Positions 1 through 8,400 of a stretch of DNA of 19,107 bases are shown here, piece by piece. A model generated the notes under the pieces. The model searched no databases and was not told where the DNA came from. It worked only from the letters and a program-made list of their open reading frames with translations. A program made the position numbers and the translations under genes. Location of the stretch: NCBI GenBank assembly GCA_964587725.1, contig CAZPLO010000002.1, positions 6,314 through 25,420 of the forward strand. Reading direction: 5' to 3'. Source of the DNA: an uncultured archaeon. GTDB lineage: Archaea; Altiarchaeota; Altiarchaeia; IMC4; SCGC-AAA252-I15. Position 1 is the first letter of the stretch. Each line of letters opens with the position of its first letter.

Positions 1-22
1 GAAGAAGCGCATTCAGCCAGAT

Positions 23-51
23 CCACCCCCGGCTTTTTCAGCCGGGGGTGG
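23..51. repeat. Perfect 12-bp GC-rich inverted repeat (hairpin) followed by G-tract
   Basis: CCACCCCCGGCT (23-34) / loop TTTTC / AGCCGGGGGTGG (40-51); the arms are exact reverse complements. It lies about 30 nt past the stop of the 80..505 gene. Function not established. Confidence 0.75.
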
Positions 52-79
52 GGGGGTGGTTGGGGTGATGTAATAAGCG

Positions 80-505
80 TTACCTGGTTTTGTAATATAC
101 TTTCCTCCCGGCGTACTCTTTCTCGAGCACGCCTTCGTGGAATAGTTTTGAGAGTCTGGCGCTGGCGGCGTTTTTGCCGCGGTAGTTGAATTCCTTCATC
201 ATGTCTTCGGCGCACACCCGCCCCTGTTTCCGCACGTAGTCTAGGACCTCCTGGTCTCTCTCTGAGAGTGCGGGATTCTGTGGTTCGGCTGTTTGAATCT
301 CCTTCTCGAGGTGGTCGACTTTGTTGAGGAGTCTGTCGAATTTGGCGTTGAGTTCCCGCATGATCAGGTTGGTGCTCCGGCGTTCCTCGGCTATGGAGTA
401 CAGCATCGCGCCTATGGTTACGGCGTCGTTCTGTTCCACGGATTTGGAGAGGCTTCCTATGAGCTGCTCGAATTCGTCCGCGTGCCCCACCACCGGTTCT
501 TTCAT
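80..505 (-). CDS. Coiled-coil + winged helix-turn-helix DNA-binding protein (putative transcriptional regulator)
   Basis: 141 aa. Heptad-like middle (LNAKFDRLLNKVDHLEKEI). C-terminal wHTH pattern LSERDQEVLDYVRKQGRV...AASARLSKLFHEGVLEKEYAGRKVYY with an ArsR/MarR-like wing. TATA-like box about 23 nt upstream. Confidence 0.8.
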   Translation of the reverse strand: MKEPVVGHADEFEQLIGSLSKSVEQNDAVTIGAMLYSIAEERRSTNLIMRELNAKFDRLLNKVDHLEKEIQTAEPQNPALSERDQEVLDYVRKQGRVCAEDMMKEFNYRGKNAASARLSKLFHEGVLEKEYAGRKVYYKTR

Positions 506-568
506 GACGATTATGATATGGTCATGACTATTTAAATACTTGTCGATTGTTCGCGTGACTGAGTCACG
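502..568 (-). promoter_or_regulatory. TATA box (529-538) of the wHTH gene flanked by palindromic operator-like sites
   Basis: TATTTAAATA at 529-538. TCATGAC(502-508)-N12-GTCATGA(521-527). GTCATGAC palindrome at 521-528. CGTGACT-G-AGTCACG palindrome at 554-568. Confidence 0.6.
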
Positions 569-570
569 AT

Positions 571-1206
571 TCAGTACTCGACGTTTATCTTCTTAGAAAA
601 CCCCTTGTATGACTCGTCCTGCTCCTTGGGAGCCCACAATTCATAGTGGACTCTCTCCTCCAGCCTCCGCTTCGGCGGCACCTGAACCCTCTTCGCCTTC
701 TCCCCGATGCACACTATGGACAGGGGGGTGAAGTGTTGGGGTATGCGCAGGAAATCCTCCAACGCGTCGTCGTCGAATGCTGAAATCCACAGCGTGTTGT
801 AGCCCATGGCTTCAGCGGTCAAAAGCATGTTTTGGACGGCTGCCGCAGCATCCATCTTCACGAACACCTGAATCCCCTTGAATTGGGTGGTGGTGTCGTG
901 TTCTGAAATCTCCCCCACCTCCTTCGCCCTCTTCAGGTCGCCGACCACTACGATGCATACGTCCACGTCCTCCGGCTGTTTTTGCCTGGAGAACCCGGCC
1001 AGCCGCTTCCTCCTCTCAGCGTCCCTGACTATCACGTATTCCAGCGGCTGCAGGTTCCTGGCCGACGGAGCCCAGCGTGCGGCCTCCAGAATCGTTTCAA
1101 CGTCTTCCGGGGGCACTTCAACACCCTCCCTGAAGAACCTGCAGCTCCTCCTTTCCTTGATGGTGTGGAAGACAACCTCCAATTTAGGATTGCTCTTCTT
1201 AGTCAT
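571..1206 (-). CDS. Nitroreductase family (FMN-dependent) protein
   Basis: Motifs IKERRSCRFF, ILEAARWAPSARNLQP, DAAAAVQNMLLTAEAMGYNTLWI and C-terminal PPKRRLEERVH. Start moved to ATG 1206, which follows an SD-like AGGTGG (1211-1216). Confidence 0.93.
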   Translation of the reverse strand: MTKKSNPKLEVVFHTIKERRSCRFFREGVEVPPEDVETILEAARWAPSARNLQPLEYVIVRDAERRKRLAGFSRQKQPEDVDVCIVVVGDLKRAKEVGEISEHDTTTQFKGIQVFVKMDAAAAVQNMLLTAEAMGYNTLWISAFDDDALEDFLRIPQHFTPLSIVCIGEKAKRVQVPPKRRLEERVHYELWAPKEQDESYKGFSKKINVEY

Positions 1207-1249
1207 AGGCCCACCTGTCAAATGCCACCCATTGATTATTAGGCGTTGG

Positions 1250-1258
1250 TTTATATAT
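1250..1258 (-). promoter_or_regulatory. Putative TATA box for the nitroreductase gene
   Basis: ATATATAAA on the minus strand in an AT-rich gap about 45 nt upstream of ATG 1206, leaving room for a short SD-containing leader. Confidence 0.45.
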
Positions 1259-1284
1259 GAAAAACAGCGAACAGTGTTCAGCTA

Positions 1285-2061
1285 TTATCCTGTCCTCGCC
1301 TGCTCCAGCAGCGCGCTGCGGTGCTCGGGCATCAACGCCTCCTTGACGAACTGAACTTCGGATTCTCCGTCCACGAGGGCCTTGCAGGCCCTGCAGACGG
1401 CTTCGTCGCTGACGTCCCTGTCTTCGTCGGCCACAGCCATGATCGAGTCTATGACGTCCGCCTCGGTTCGCATGACACTGTCTACGTCCCGCCCCTCCCA
1501 CTGTGACAGTATCGCGGCTATGTCACGCCGCCGGTCCCCGGTCTTCTGTGGTTCGGCTGCTGGCGATGGGCCCGCCGGCGTCGAAGTCTCCGCCGGCTTT
1601 GGGGCCGCGGGCTTGAGTGGAGCCTGGGGTTTGGCAGCCGGCTCTGGTTTAGGCGGGGTGGGTGTCTTCGTTGCCGCTGGCTCTTCCGGTTTGGCGAGCA
1701 GGTCTTCCGCGTCTTTCTCAGCGTCGGCCGGGGGTATCAGCCCTGAGCCACCGTATTTTATCTTGTAGTAGTCCCGAATGCTGGTGTCGACTCCAGAATT
1801 GACGTACTCTCCCACCACCTTCCTTACGGTCTCCTCAAAATCCGGGTGCCGGCCTTCGAACAATCCGGCGACGTACTCCTTCCCGCCGTCTTCGTTTTCC
1901 AAGACGGCTTTAAGAAGTTCCGCAGCCAACGTGATGTCCGCCACCTGAACCAGCCGCCTGCTTCGCCCGGCAATCAACGACCTGCCTTCTTCGCTCAAGG
2001 AATCATATTCCTCCCTGTTCAGGCCCTGTATCCTCAGGGCGCGGTCTGTCGGCTCATCCAT
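1285..2061 (-). CDS. Hypothetical protein: two acidic helical domains joined by a Pro/Ala/Lys-rich linker
   Basis: 258 aa ORF whose ATG overlaps the upstream stop (TAATG at 2063-2059). Low-complexity linker KPEEPAATKTPTPPKPEPAAKPQAPLKPAAPKP (nt ~1543-1692). CxxC (VCRACK) near the C-terminus. No family recognised. Confidence 0.75.
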   Translation of the reverse strand: MDEPTDRALRIQGLNREEYDSLSEEGRSLIAGRSRRLVQVADITLAAELLKAVLENEDGGKEYVAGLFEGRHPDFEETVRKVVGEYVNSGVDTSIRDYYKIKYGGSGLIPPADAEKDAEDLLAKPEEPAATKTPTPPKPEPAAKPQAPLKPAAPKPAETSTPAGPSPAAEPQKTGDRRRDIAAILSQWEGRDVDSVMRTEADVIDSIMAVADEDRDVSDEAVCRACKALVDGESEVQFVKEALMPEHRSALLEQARTG

Positions 2062-2375
2062 TATCGCTCCTTGGTCATGGGGCGCTTGGGTCCGAGCATC
2101 CTGCTCACCGCAGCCCCGACAACGCCTATCTTCAATACGCTCCCCAGGACCCCCTTAGCGAGGCCGCCGAACGCCCCGAACATCCTGTTAAGCAGCCCTC
2201 CGACGGCCGCGTTGGATTTGTCTATCACCTGCACGGAATGCGCGTCCGTAACCTTTTGCCCGACGCCGTGGCTTAACTCGGTGCTCTGCACGGCCGCTTG
2301 GGTGACCTGTTCGGCGGCGGCCGCGGTCATCTGGTTCCTGACTTCCTGCGGGTTCGGCTTCAGTTTCTCAACCAT
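2061..2375 (-). CDS. Hypothetical small protein with cationic, Gly-rich amphipathic C-terminal half
   Basis: 104 aa ORF with ATG start that fills the gap between hpt and the 258-aa gene. It has its own TATA-like element about 25 nt upstream, and its stop overlaps the next start. Confidence 0.65.
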   Translation of the reverse strand: MVEKLKPNPQEVRNQMTAAAAEQVTQAAVQSTELSHGVGQKVTDAHSVQVIDKSNAAVGGLLNRMFGAFGGLAKGVLGSVLKIGVVGAAVSRMLGPKRPMTKER

Positions 2376-2399
2376 CGTATTAGTATACCTGATTACGTG

Positions 2400-2407
2400 T
2401 TTTTTAA
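2400..2407 (-). promoter_or_regulatory. Putative TATA box for the 104-aa/258-aa gene pair, overlapping the hpt stop codon
   Basis: TTAAAAAA on the minus strand, about 24 nt upstream of ATG 2375, which is leaderless spacing. Confidence 0.4.
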
Positions 2408-2970
2408 TCTATTGTGTTAACGACTTCGACGTTTTCGCCGACCTCTATCTTAATCAGGGTCTTCACGTCCAATCCCGTGGCGGCCTTGACTTTCTCGACG
2501 CCGTCACCGCGTTCTATCACGCAGACGATGTCTTTCACTTCGGCTCCGGCCCGGCGGAGACCGTCCACCACCGCAGTCAATGTGCCGCCGGTGCTGACAA
2601 CCGCGTCCACTATCGTCACCACGTCGCCTTCCTTGGCGGAGTTGATGTACATGCTGCCTTTCCCGTATCCGGTTCTCTGGTCCACCACCACCTCCCCCGG
2701 CAGCCCGTATCTTCTCTTCCTGACTATGTAGAATGGGCGGCCGGTCATCTGCGACAGCACAGCGGAGACGTGGATGCCCATAGCCTCCATCGTGACAATG
2801 TAGTCGACGTCCAGGTCCGCGTGTTCCATTATGTATTCGCAGACTTCCTTCACAATTTCAGGTCGGATGGGGGGTATGCTGTCGGTCAGCGGGTGGACGA
2901 AGTACCGGTACCCCTTTCGCTCTATCACCGGCGCATCCTCCATCGTCTTTTTCAGCAGTTCAAGACTCAT
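2404..2970 (-). CDS. hpt: Archaeal hypoxanthine/guanine phosphoribosyltransferase (Hpt, APRT-like type I PRTase)
   Basis: YRYFVHPLTDSIP, IVTMEAMGIH, IVRKRRYGLPGEV, QRTGYGKG and PRPP loop VTIVDAVVSTGGT match the archaeal Hpt family. ATGA overlap with the upstream deaminase. Confidence 0.85.
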   Translation of the reverse strand: MSLELLKKTMEDAPVIERKGYRYFVHPLTDSIPPIRPEIVKEVCEYIMEHADLDVDYIVTMEAMGIHVSAVLSQMTGRPFYIVRKRRYGLPGEVVVDQRTGYGKGSMYINSAKEGDVVTIVDAVVSTGGTLTAVVDGLRRAGAEVKDIVCVIERGDGVEKVKAATGLDVKTLIKIEVGENVEVVNTID

Positions 2971-4208
2971 TCTCTGCTCACCAGCTCCAAGGCAACCTCC
3001 CGTGCTTTCTCCAAAACCTCGTCTTCACCTTCCACTGACCCGCCCTCCATCAACACCCTGCCGTCGCAGACTACGGTGTCCACGCATCCTCCGTTGGCGC
3101 TGTACACGAGGTCTGAGACGAGGCTGTGGCCGGGCGTCAGCTCCGGCCTCCGCAGGTCGACTAGCATGAAGTCCGCCAATGCGCCTTCGTCTATGAGGCC
3201 CGCGTCCAGGCTAAGGGCCCGCGCACCCCCCTCAGTGGCCATTTTGAACGCCTCTCCGGCGGGCAGGACGGTGGGGTCGTTCCACCGCAGCTTCTGCAAT
3301 AACGCGGCGGCCTTCATGGACTCCAGCATGTCGAGGTTGTTGTTGGAGGCGCAGCCGTCGGTGCCGAGTGAGACGGTTACGCCGGCCTGACGGAGAAGCC
3401 GGTAGTCCATAACCCCTGAAGACAGTTTCATGTTGGAGGCGGGGCAGTGGGCTGCCTTCACGTCGTGTTCCGCCAGCAGCTCCGCCTCTTTTTTGTCCAG
3501 CCACACGCAGTGGGCGCAGACGAGGCGGGGGCTCAGAAAGCCCAGGTCGTTCAGGTACTCCACGGGCCGTTTACCGTGCATGCTCACGCAGTCTTTAACT
3601 TCTTTTTCGGTCTCGCTCAAGTGGAAGTGGACTAGTGCGTCGTGTTTCTCCGACTGCTCCGCAACCCACGCCAGGCTCTCCTCCGTAACGGTGTATATGG
3701 CGTGCGGCCCCAACGCAATCCTCACCCTCTGTGAAGTATTCTTCAGCTGCTTCAACGCCTCCCGCCTCTGGTCATCGGCGGTGTCCTGGCTGAACATGTC
3801 TATGAACACGCTCGACAGAACCCCGCGGATGCCGGAGTCCTCCACCGCATTCACCGCGCCGTCCAGGTGCCAGTACATGTCGTTGAAGCACGTTGTCCCG
3901 GACTTAATCATCTCCAGGCAGGCGAGCCGCGTGCCCCAGTACACGTCGTCCTCCGTTAGCCTGCCCTCAACAGGCCAGATGTGCTGTTCCAGCCACTCAT
4001 GCAGCTGCAGGTCGTCCGCGTATCCCCTCAACAGGGTCATGGCGGCATGGGTGTGAGTGTTTATGAAACCAGGGACGGCCGCCTTCCCACGTCCGTCTAT
4101 CACACGGTCCGACGAGCTGCCGCCGCCCACCTCTGCAATACGCCCGTCTTCCACGTATAAGCTGGTTTTTTCACCGTCCACCAGCACGTCCTTCACCAGT
4201 ATGCTCAC
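2967..4208 (-). CDS. mtaD: 5'-methylthioadenosine/S-adenosylhomocysteine (5'-deoxyadenosine) deaminase, amidohydrolase family
   Basis: PGFINTHTHAAMTLLRGYADD, WLEQHIWPVE, GPHAIYT, HFHLSETEKE, AHCVW, HCPASNMKL, LGTDGCASNNNLDM. It sits between the phosphorylase and the PRTase. GTG start with a GTGA overlap. Confidence 0.88.
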   Translation of the reverse strand: MSILVKDVLVDGEKTSLYVEDGRIAEVGGGSSSDRVIDGRGKAAVPGFINTHTHAAMTLLRGYADDLQLHEWLEQHIWPVEGRLTEDDVYWGTRLACLEMIKSGTTCFNDMYWHLDGAVNAVEDSGIRGVLSSVFIDMFSQDTADDQRREALKQLKNTSQRVRIALGPHAIYTVTEESLAWVAEQSEKHDALVHFHLSETEKEVKDCVSMHGKRPVEYLNDLGFLSPRLVCAHCVWLDKKEAELLAEHDVKAAHCPASNMKLSSGVMDYRLLRQAGVTVSLGTDGCASNNNLDMLESMKAAALLQKLRWNDPTVLPAGEAFKMATEGGARALSLDAGLIDEGALADFMLVDLRRPELTPGHSLVSDLVYSANGGCVDTVVCDGRVLMEGGSVEGEDEVLEKAREVALELVSRE

Positions 4209-4897
4209 TCCACACCACCCACCAGCTTCTCCACCAGCGCCTCAACGCAGGCATTGTTTTTCATGGAGTACTCGCGTATTTCGTCGTAGTCCGGCTTCTT
4301 CTTTTCGAGGCCGTGGGCTAGGTTGTCCACCTGGCAGACGGCCGCGTACTTCACCCCGAGTTCCGCAGCGAGCGTCGCCTCCGACGCGACGGTCATTCCG
4401 ACGATGTCCCCGACGTTTGAGAGCATACGCACCTCCGCCCGGGTCTCCAGGCGCGGCCCCCTGGTCTGCACGTACACGCCCCCGTCCACCACCTTAATCC
4501 TGTTCCAGAACGCTGCTTCCAGTATCCTCTTCCGGAGTTCGGAGTCGAACCCCGGCGTCACATGCACTATCTCGTCGTCAAAATAAGTGGGGGGCTCCAG
4601 GTGTATGTAGTCGTCTGGCACCACGATGGACGGCGGCTTAATCCTGCGGGTGAGGCTGCCCACAGACCCCACCCCCACCACGGTGTCCGAGTGCTCCCGC
4701 AGAGCCCACATGTTGGCGCGGTGGTTTATCCTGTGCGGGGGTATGCCGTCGCCATGCCGCTGTATGAACGCCACGTCGTCAGACAAGTGCACGTCCGCGT
4801 CCCCGTAGGGGGTGTGAAACTTCTTTTTAACCGCGTCGGACAGAAGCCGTGTCTCCGCCAGCACAGTGCCCCCAATCAACCCTATCAACCCGCTCAC
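4205..4897 (-). CDS. mtnP: MTAP-family purine nucleoside phosphorylase, probably S-methyl-5'-thioinosine/6-oxopurine specific
   Basis: IGLIGGT, TPYG, RHG..IPPHRINHRAN, GPRLETRAE, DIVGMTVASEATLAAEL, and VDN with Asn at the base-specificity position. The true start may be TTG 4888, behind an SD-like AGGTGA. Confidence 0.87.
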   Translation of the reverse strand: MSGLIGLIGGTVLAETRLLSDAVKKKFHTPYGDADVHLSDDVAFIQRHGDGIPPHRINHRANMWALREHSDTVVGVGSVGSLTRRIKPPSIVVPDDYIHLEPPTYFDDEIVHVTPGFDSELRKRILEAAFWNRIKVVDGGVYVQTRGPRLETRAEVRMLSNVGDIVGMTVASEATLAAELGVKYAAVCQVDNLAHGLEKKKPDYDEIREYSMKNNACVEALVEKLVGGVE

Positions 4898-4936
4898 CTG
4901 ACTCTTTTATTTATTCCTGACGATAGTTAAAAAGAG
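4898..4936. promoter_or_regulatory. 39-bp divergent promoter region with two TATA-like boxes
   Basis: TTTATTTA (+, 4906-4913) about 23 nt before ATG 4937. TTTTTAAC on the minus strand (~4926-4933) for the salvage operon. Flanked by the 7-bp inverted repeat CTCTTTT/AAAAGAG. Confidence 0.5.
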
Positions 4937-5407
4937 ATGTCCGCCGTAGACAGGATAAGGTCGGTTGTTTCCAGGATACGCTGGCGTTCCGTACTGGCTG
5001 TGCTGCTTTTCGTCGCAGTATTGGCTGTGCTGTTCACGTCGTTCCCCACCGGATACAGCATAGGCGGGGGCATGGGGTTGAAGGTTAAGGCGAACCCTGA
5101 CAGGATAAAGCCGGGGGGAACCGCCACCCTGGAGACGGAGTTGAAGAACGTCCGCGCAGACGAAAACATAGTCGTCACCATACACGCCAAAACATACGAC
5201 AGCGACCTGGTGTTCGAGGAGTCGTATTCACAGGAGTATGAGAGCCTGGACATCGCCATAGGCCCAGAAGGCGTTAGGAAGACGTCGTTCAGGGTGAAGT
5301 GCAAGCCCACCGCATACGAGGGACGCTATCCCATAGACGTGTACGCGTCCGCGGAGGGCGAGGACCGCCAGGCCGAAACCAGGGTGTTCGTCACCGTGGA
5401 GGAATAA
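4937..5407 (+). CDS. Membrane-anchored/secreted protein with a beta-sandwich (Ig-like, S-layer/COG1361-like) domain
   Basis: 156 aa. Basic N-terminus, then hydrophobic VLAVLLFVAVLAVLF, then alternating beta-strand patterns (PDRIKPGGTATLETELKN ... AYEGRYPIDVYAS ... RVFVTV). Confidence 0.75.
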   Translation: MSAVDRIRSVVSRIRWRSVLAVLLFVAVLAVLFTSFPTGYSIGGGMGLKVKANPDRIKPGGTATLETELKNVRADENIVVTIHAKTYDSDLVFEESYSQEYESLDIAIGPEGVRKTSFRVKCKPTAYEGRYPIDVYASAEGEDRQAETRVFVTVEE

Positions 5408-8400
5408 TCACATGAAGTCTGCAAGGCTCACCTGCTTCTCCAGGTCGTTCGTGGTCAAAGACTCCACGTCCTTCTCCAGCAGATTCAGCCTCGACTTCAG
5501 ATAGTCCGAGAGATTGTATTTTTCGGCCAGCTTCTTCGACATCCCCAGGTACTTGGTGATGTTGCCCTGGCTCACCGTCAACAGTATCCTGCCGCCGCAT
5601 TTGGTGCATTTCCCGGCAAGCGGCACCCTCCGGTAGTTGGCGTTGCATTTAACGCAGCGGAACCGCTGGCGGCTGAAGGCGCGGAGGTTCCCGTAGGTGT
5701 CCCGTAGGAAGTGGCTGTTTATCACTATCTCCGCCACCTCCCGCTCGTCTATGGCCCTGATTTTCTCGGCCACAGCCAGTTGCGCTTCTATCTTGTCCGC
5801 CATGCTCTTCAACGTGACGTAGCGGCTGCTGGTGACCGGACCGTTTATGTCGCCGGTGTCGTGGGTGAACTTCAGCCCAGAGTAGGGGTTGCTGTCCAGC
5901 AGCTTCGACACCGTCTTCACCTCCACGGCGGAGGGGTTCATCCCCTCCAGGGTTTTCTCGTAGAATTCTAGGCCGTATGAGTCCACCACCTCCATCTTAT
6001 GGGCTTCGTCGTCTATCTCCCTCGGGTTCATCACCGTCGTAACAACCAGGGGGGCGTCCATTTTGCCTCCGCGTTTCTCCGGCAGATAGCTTCTGCTGAA
6101 GTTCAACAGGACGTCCATCAGCAGCAGGATGCTGTCCTCGTCGCCGTCGCAGTTCCGGCGTTTCGCGGCGTGCCAGAACGGGTGGGCGTAGCAGACGTTC
6201 GCCTTTGTGAAACCGATTATCCTCCCTATTATGCCTGCGCTGGTGTGCGGCGCCAGCCCCACCACCAGGTGACCCACCAACTCCCCCGGATCTGCCACTC
6301 CATAGTATGGTTCGAGGCCGTAGAATTTAGCCAGCAGCTCGTCGACGAATTTTGCCACCTTTACCATGTATTTCCCGCAGTACTCCGAGACGACGATGTC
6401 CTGGGTCTTCAGCTCCAGCACCTGATCTTCGGAAGACAGCTCCTCGCCGTGTATGTCGCGGTCGTAGCCCAGATCCCTCAGCCGGTTCACAGCCACCCCC
6501 ACCTCCCTGGGGCGGAAGTGTGTGAGGGGGACGTCGGTTGCGTCGAACCGGATGGTGCCGTCCTTGAACACGTAGGTGCCGTTCAACGCGCGGAGCAAAC
6601 CCTTCTCCAGGGGCTCTGGTACCTTGCTCTCAGATATCATGCCTATGACGCCTTTGACGTTGGTGGATCGCCCCACCCTCTCTATGGCCTTGTCCCACAA
6701 AGCCTTCAGTTCCACGTTGTGTTTGCTGTACTGCTGGGCGTCCACCCTGCATCTCGGACACACGTCCTTGTCGCCGGTGTAGCCGCATATGCGGCAGAAC
6801 CTCATGCCCACCGCCTTTACTCCGCAGTCGGGGCATACGGGCGTGATAATCCTTTTCCTGCATTTGGGGCAGATGAACTGTGAAACCTCCACCTCCACTG
6901 AAAGCTTCTCCACCGCCTGGTTGATGCTGCGCTGCCGTCCGCCCGCGTTCCCTATGGGGAACAGGGAATGAACCGCGGGATGCATCTTACGCTCCCTCGC
7001 CTTCTCCGGCCGCCCCATCCTGCAGCCGATGTAGGCGCCGACCTTCCTCCTGATTTTCACAGACGATGTTTTGCTTATGAGTTCGAATCCGTCTTCACCG
7101 TCCAATCCCTCGCATGCTTTGTCAAACCTGCTGCGGTCGAGGTCCTCCAGACCCAGCTGCGCCAGCAACGGCATATGCTCTATGATATGCACTCTGCCAT
7201 CTTTGACCTGGTGCGGCACGCCCAGCAGCTCCAGTATGCGTTTGGCATTCGTGTCGTTCTCCAACACCAGCTCGTCGCCGAGCTCCCCGGTCACAAGCCA
7301 GTCCACCAGTCTGTTCAGCTCCTTGGGTGTGGCGTCGGCCCAGTGGTAGGTGTACTTGGGGTGCAGAGGCTTCCCACCCTTTTTAGCCAGTTCCACCGCA
7401 TCAGCCGGCCCGGGGGTTCCCTTCAACCCAGTCTCTAAGGCCCACCACTCCTCCACGTAACCCGACGGAATCAAACGGGTGTTGGTCTGGAGGAAGTCGC
7501 CGTAGGACACGAGTATGTCTCCGAGGAACAGTATCTCGGCCACATCGTCCTTCAGCTCATAGGCTATTTCACGGGTCTCCACACGCACGACGCTGTCGTC
7601 TTCGAGTTTGACTACCGGTCCCTCTATGGTGTCGCATTCAGTAACCACGCATCCCTTCCCCGGCTTCTCCACCTTAACCTGGGTGCCGGTGGCTATGAAG
7701 TCGTCCAACAGTATCAACGTGGCGGGGTGCATTGACTTAGCGGCGATGCCGTTGCATCTGCTGTGGCCGTAGCGCAGGCGAAAACCTCCCTTCGCGGAAG
7801 GCGCGGAGAAAATCGGCCGTCCGCCCACGACCTCGTCCATGAACTTCGCCTTAGGCTTCTCCTCGGAATCGTCGGACGCCTGCTTTTTAATGCCTCCCAG
7901 CCAGCTCCAGTCCAAACCCATCTTGCCGGCGTACTTCATCACCTTCCTGCTCTTCTGAGCTAAACCTTCGGCAATCACCAGGCACATTCCGCCGCGAACG
8001 CGGTTGCTGTTCACCCGGGGAAGGTCCCTGTGTATCGCGACCTCGACGTCTTCGGTGGGGTCTCCGTTGACGCAGACCTGCAGGTTGGTGACTATCTCAC
8101 GTATCTCGTCCTCCGACGGCATGTACTGGAGGCGGCTGGCTCGTTCGTCGTAGAGTTTAATCTCCTCCACGTAACGTTCCACCTCGTCTTTGGTGGGCCG
8201 GTAACCTGACAGACCGAGTTTCGTCCGTATGTAGTCGCCGACCAAAACCGCCAGCCCCTGGGCGGTTCCGCCTGCGGAGCGGATGGGGCCTGCGAAGTAT
8301 ATGCTCAGGTACTGGCTGCCGTCCGGGTTCTCCTCCACATTCACCCCCGACACCCCCTCGATGGGGGCTGCGACGACGCCTTCGGTGAGTATGGCGAGGG

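Noticed and set aside
14-35. GATCCACCCCC resembling a 16S rRNA 3' end (GATCACCTCC)
   Set aside because: It mismatches the anti-SD, and the preceding sequence lacks the conserved terminal helix.
1543-1692. Pro/Ala/Lys-rich stretch as a DNA tandem repeat
   Set aside because: The repetition is at the amino-acid composition level only; no exact nucleotide repeat unit was seen.
1846-3390. 514-aa + strand ORF
   Set aside because: It is antisense to four minus-strand genes including the clear hpt and deaminase, and has no recognisable motifs. Long shadow ORFs are expected at this GC content.
4907-5310. Minus-strand ORFs of 92 and 127 aa opposite the membrane protein
   Set aside because: The + strand ORF has a coherent signal/TM plus beta-domain architecture and a promoter; these ORFs do not.
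6130-6190. Possible intein at the usual DP2 insertion site
   Set aside because: HAAKRRNCDGDED is continuous and the protein length leaves no room for an intein.
5999-6883. 294-aa + strand ORF and other ORFs opposite polC
   Set aside because: Antisense shadows of DP2 with His/Val/Gln-rich composition typical of reverse-frame translation.
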